A DNA stretch of 64,000 bases, from NCBI RefSeq assembly GCF_006345805.1, contig NC_043005.1, positions 13,826,001 to 13,890,000 of the forward strand, read 5' to 3'. The DNA comes from Octopus sinensis (lineage: Eukaryota). The translations under genes and the position numbers were made by a program. Within the stretch, counting starts at the first letter, position 1, and each line of letters starts with the position of its first letter. The notes beneath the pieces were generated by a model, which did no database searches, was not told the origin of the DNA, and worked only from the letters and a program-made list of their open reading frames with translations. Below, in pieces: positions 1-64,000 of the stretch.

Positions 1-19
1 AACGCATGGTATATATGTA

Positions 20-461
20 CAGTACACTCCCTCATATTCAACACCAATAGGTTCTGAGGTCTACTGAAAAACGTAATTTTCCAGATATCTGATCATCACT
101 TATCAAGTGGTCCAAAGCACGATAAAAACTGATTAGAATTCTATATATCCAGTGGGCGCATTCGCCTTTGTATGTAATTTTGACATACAAAATGGAGTGT
201 CCCTTCTCAAATACAGCATTTTATTTTACTGCATTTACTGTATTACCCGTATTTTATAAGATTAATAAAACCTGTTCTTTATGCAAATATGCTTATATTT
301 TCCGCTACTTCCCTCCTTTCTACTGTGTTCGAGATATTATTGATAGTACTGATGGATATATAGAGTTTTAATGTGTTTTGTAGGTGATTTGGACCATCTA
401 ATAAACGATGGTCAGATATCTGGAAAATTCAGTTATTGAGCAATCCTCAGGTCCCATTGGT
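20..461. mobile_element. Degenerate Tigger/pogo-like MITE with inverted ends; related partial copy at ~3325-3450
   Basis: Starts TA|CAGTACAC. Bases ~40-120 are the approximate reverse complement of 384-461, and the same motif recurs at 3340-3420. Confidence 0.5.
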
Positions 462-679
462 ATTTTCATATATATATATATTATATATAATATATATATA
501 TATATATATAATATATATGTGTGTGTGTGTGTGTGTGTTGTGTGTGTGTGTGTGTGTGTGTGTCTGTGTGTGTCTGTGTGTGTGTGTGTGTGTGTGTGAA
601 AATGTGTTGTTGAAAATGCAACTAAATTTCAAAAACTCGTAAATGTTTAAAATATATTCATTTACATAAATACCAAACT

Positions 680-1030
680 AGTTTCAGCAATATTTTTTTG
701 TTATTAATGGTAAAAGTTTAAAATCAGAAAAAAGCATCTTAAAAAGTTTCAATGTTGAACAACTAAAACGTTTCACTGTTGACAAATTAAAATGTTTCAA
801 TGTTGATAAATTACCATGTTCAAAACAGAAGGTGTAAGTTTTTCGAAGAACGTAGTCTATGTTCTTAGATGTGGTGGTGACTACATTGGTCAAACCAGCT
901 TAACTTTGAGGGATAGACTTACGGTCCACAAGCAACAACCCGGGATCCCACCACTAGGAAAATTCCCGTAAGCATGCAGCTAGACATACACCCTAGATAC
1001 CAAATCTTCCATCTTTATCAATGCACTAAA
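680..1030 (+). mobile_element. Penelope-like GIY-YIG endonuclease relic
   Basis: 843-938 translates as SKNVVYVLRCGGDYIGQTSLTLRDRLTVHKQQ. Confidence 0.75.
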
Positions 1031-1080
1031 AACCGGTGCATTTCAATTGCATCTGCTACATATACCCTTACATTTTTCAG

Positions 1081-63831
<62,751 letters not shown>

Positions 63832-63881
63832 GTATGTATAACCGTTGCCCATTTATCTTTCTGTGGCTCGCATTTACTCAA

Positions 63882-63916
<35 letters not shown>

Positions 63917-63948
63917 CATATATATACATATATATATGTATATATATA

Positions 63949-63995
<47 letters not shown>

Positions 63996-64000
63996 CATAT

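Noticed and set aside
743-835. Three 24-nt repeats (KSFNVEQL-like) before a gtaagt, as a possible extra LRR exon
   Set aside because: There is no LRR consensus or clear acceptor, and it is contiguous with the PLE endonuclease relic.

Overview
AT-rich, microsatellite- and transposon-dense animal genomic DNA. The SINE and microsatellite landscape looks like an octopus or other cephalopod, which is an inference. One gene spans the whole window on the + strand and is almost invisible in the ORF track. I reconstructed 19 GT-AG exons by hand (1081..63831, 2378 nt, 792 complete codons, all splice phases compatible, no stops). They encode the middle of an adhesion GPCR with the order LRRs - LRRCT - 12-Cys Ly6/uPAR (three-finger)-like domain - unassigned ~95-aa (SEA-like?) domain - HRM - GAIN/GPS (CNHL|TSF) - 7TM (TM1 to the start of TM4). 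The start and end of the gene lie outside the window. The introns hold several Penelope-like retroelements (including a ~3.8-kb palindrome), hammerhead-ribozyme motifs (one in a tRNA-headed, TSD-flanked 345-bp element), three tRNA-SINE families, R4/Dong and RTE LINE ends, Tigger and mariner relics, several long inverted repeats and tandem duplications. Most short ORFs in the supplied track are microsatellite or SINE artefacts.
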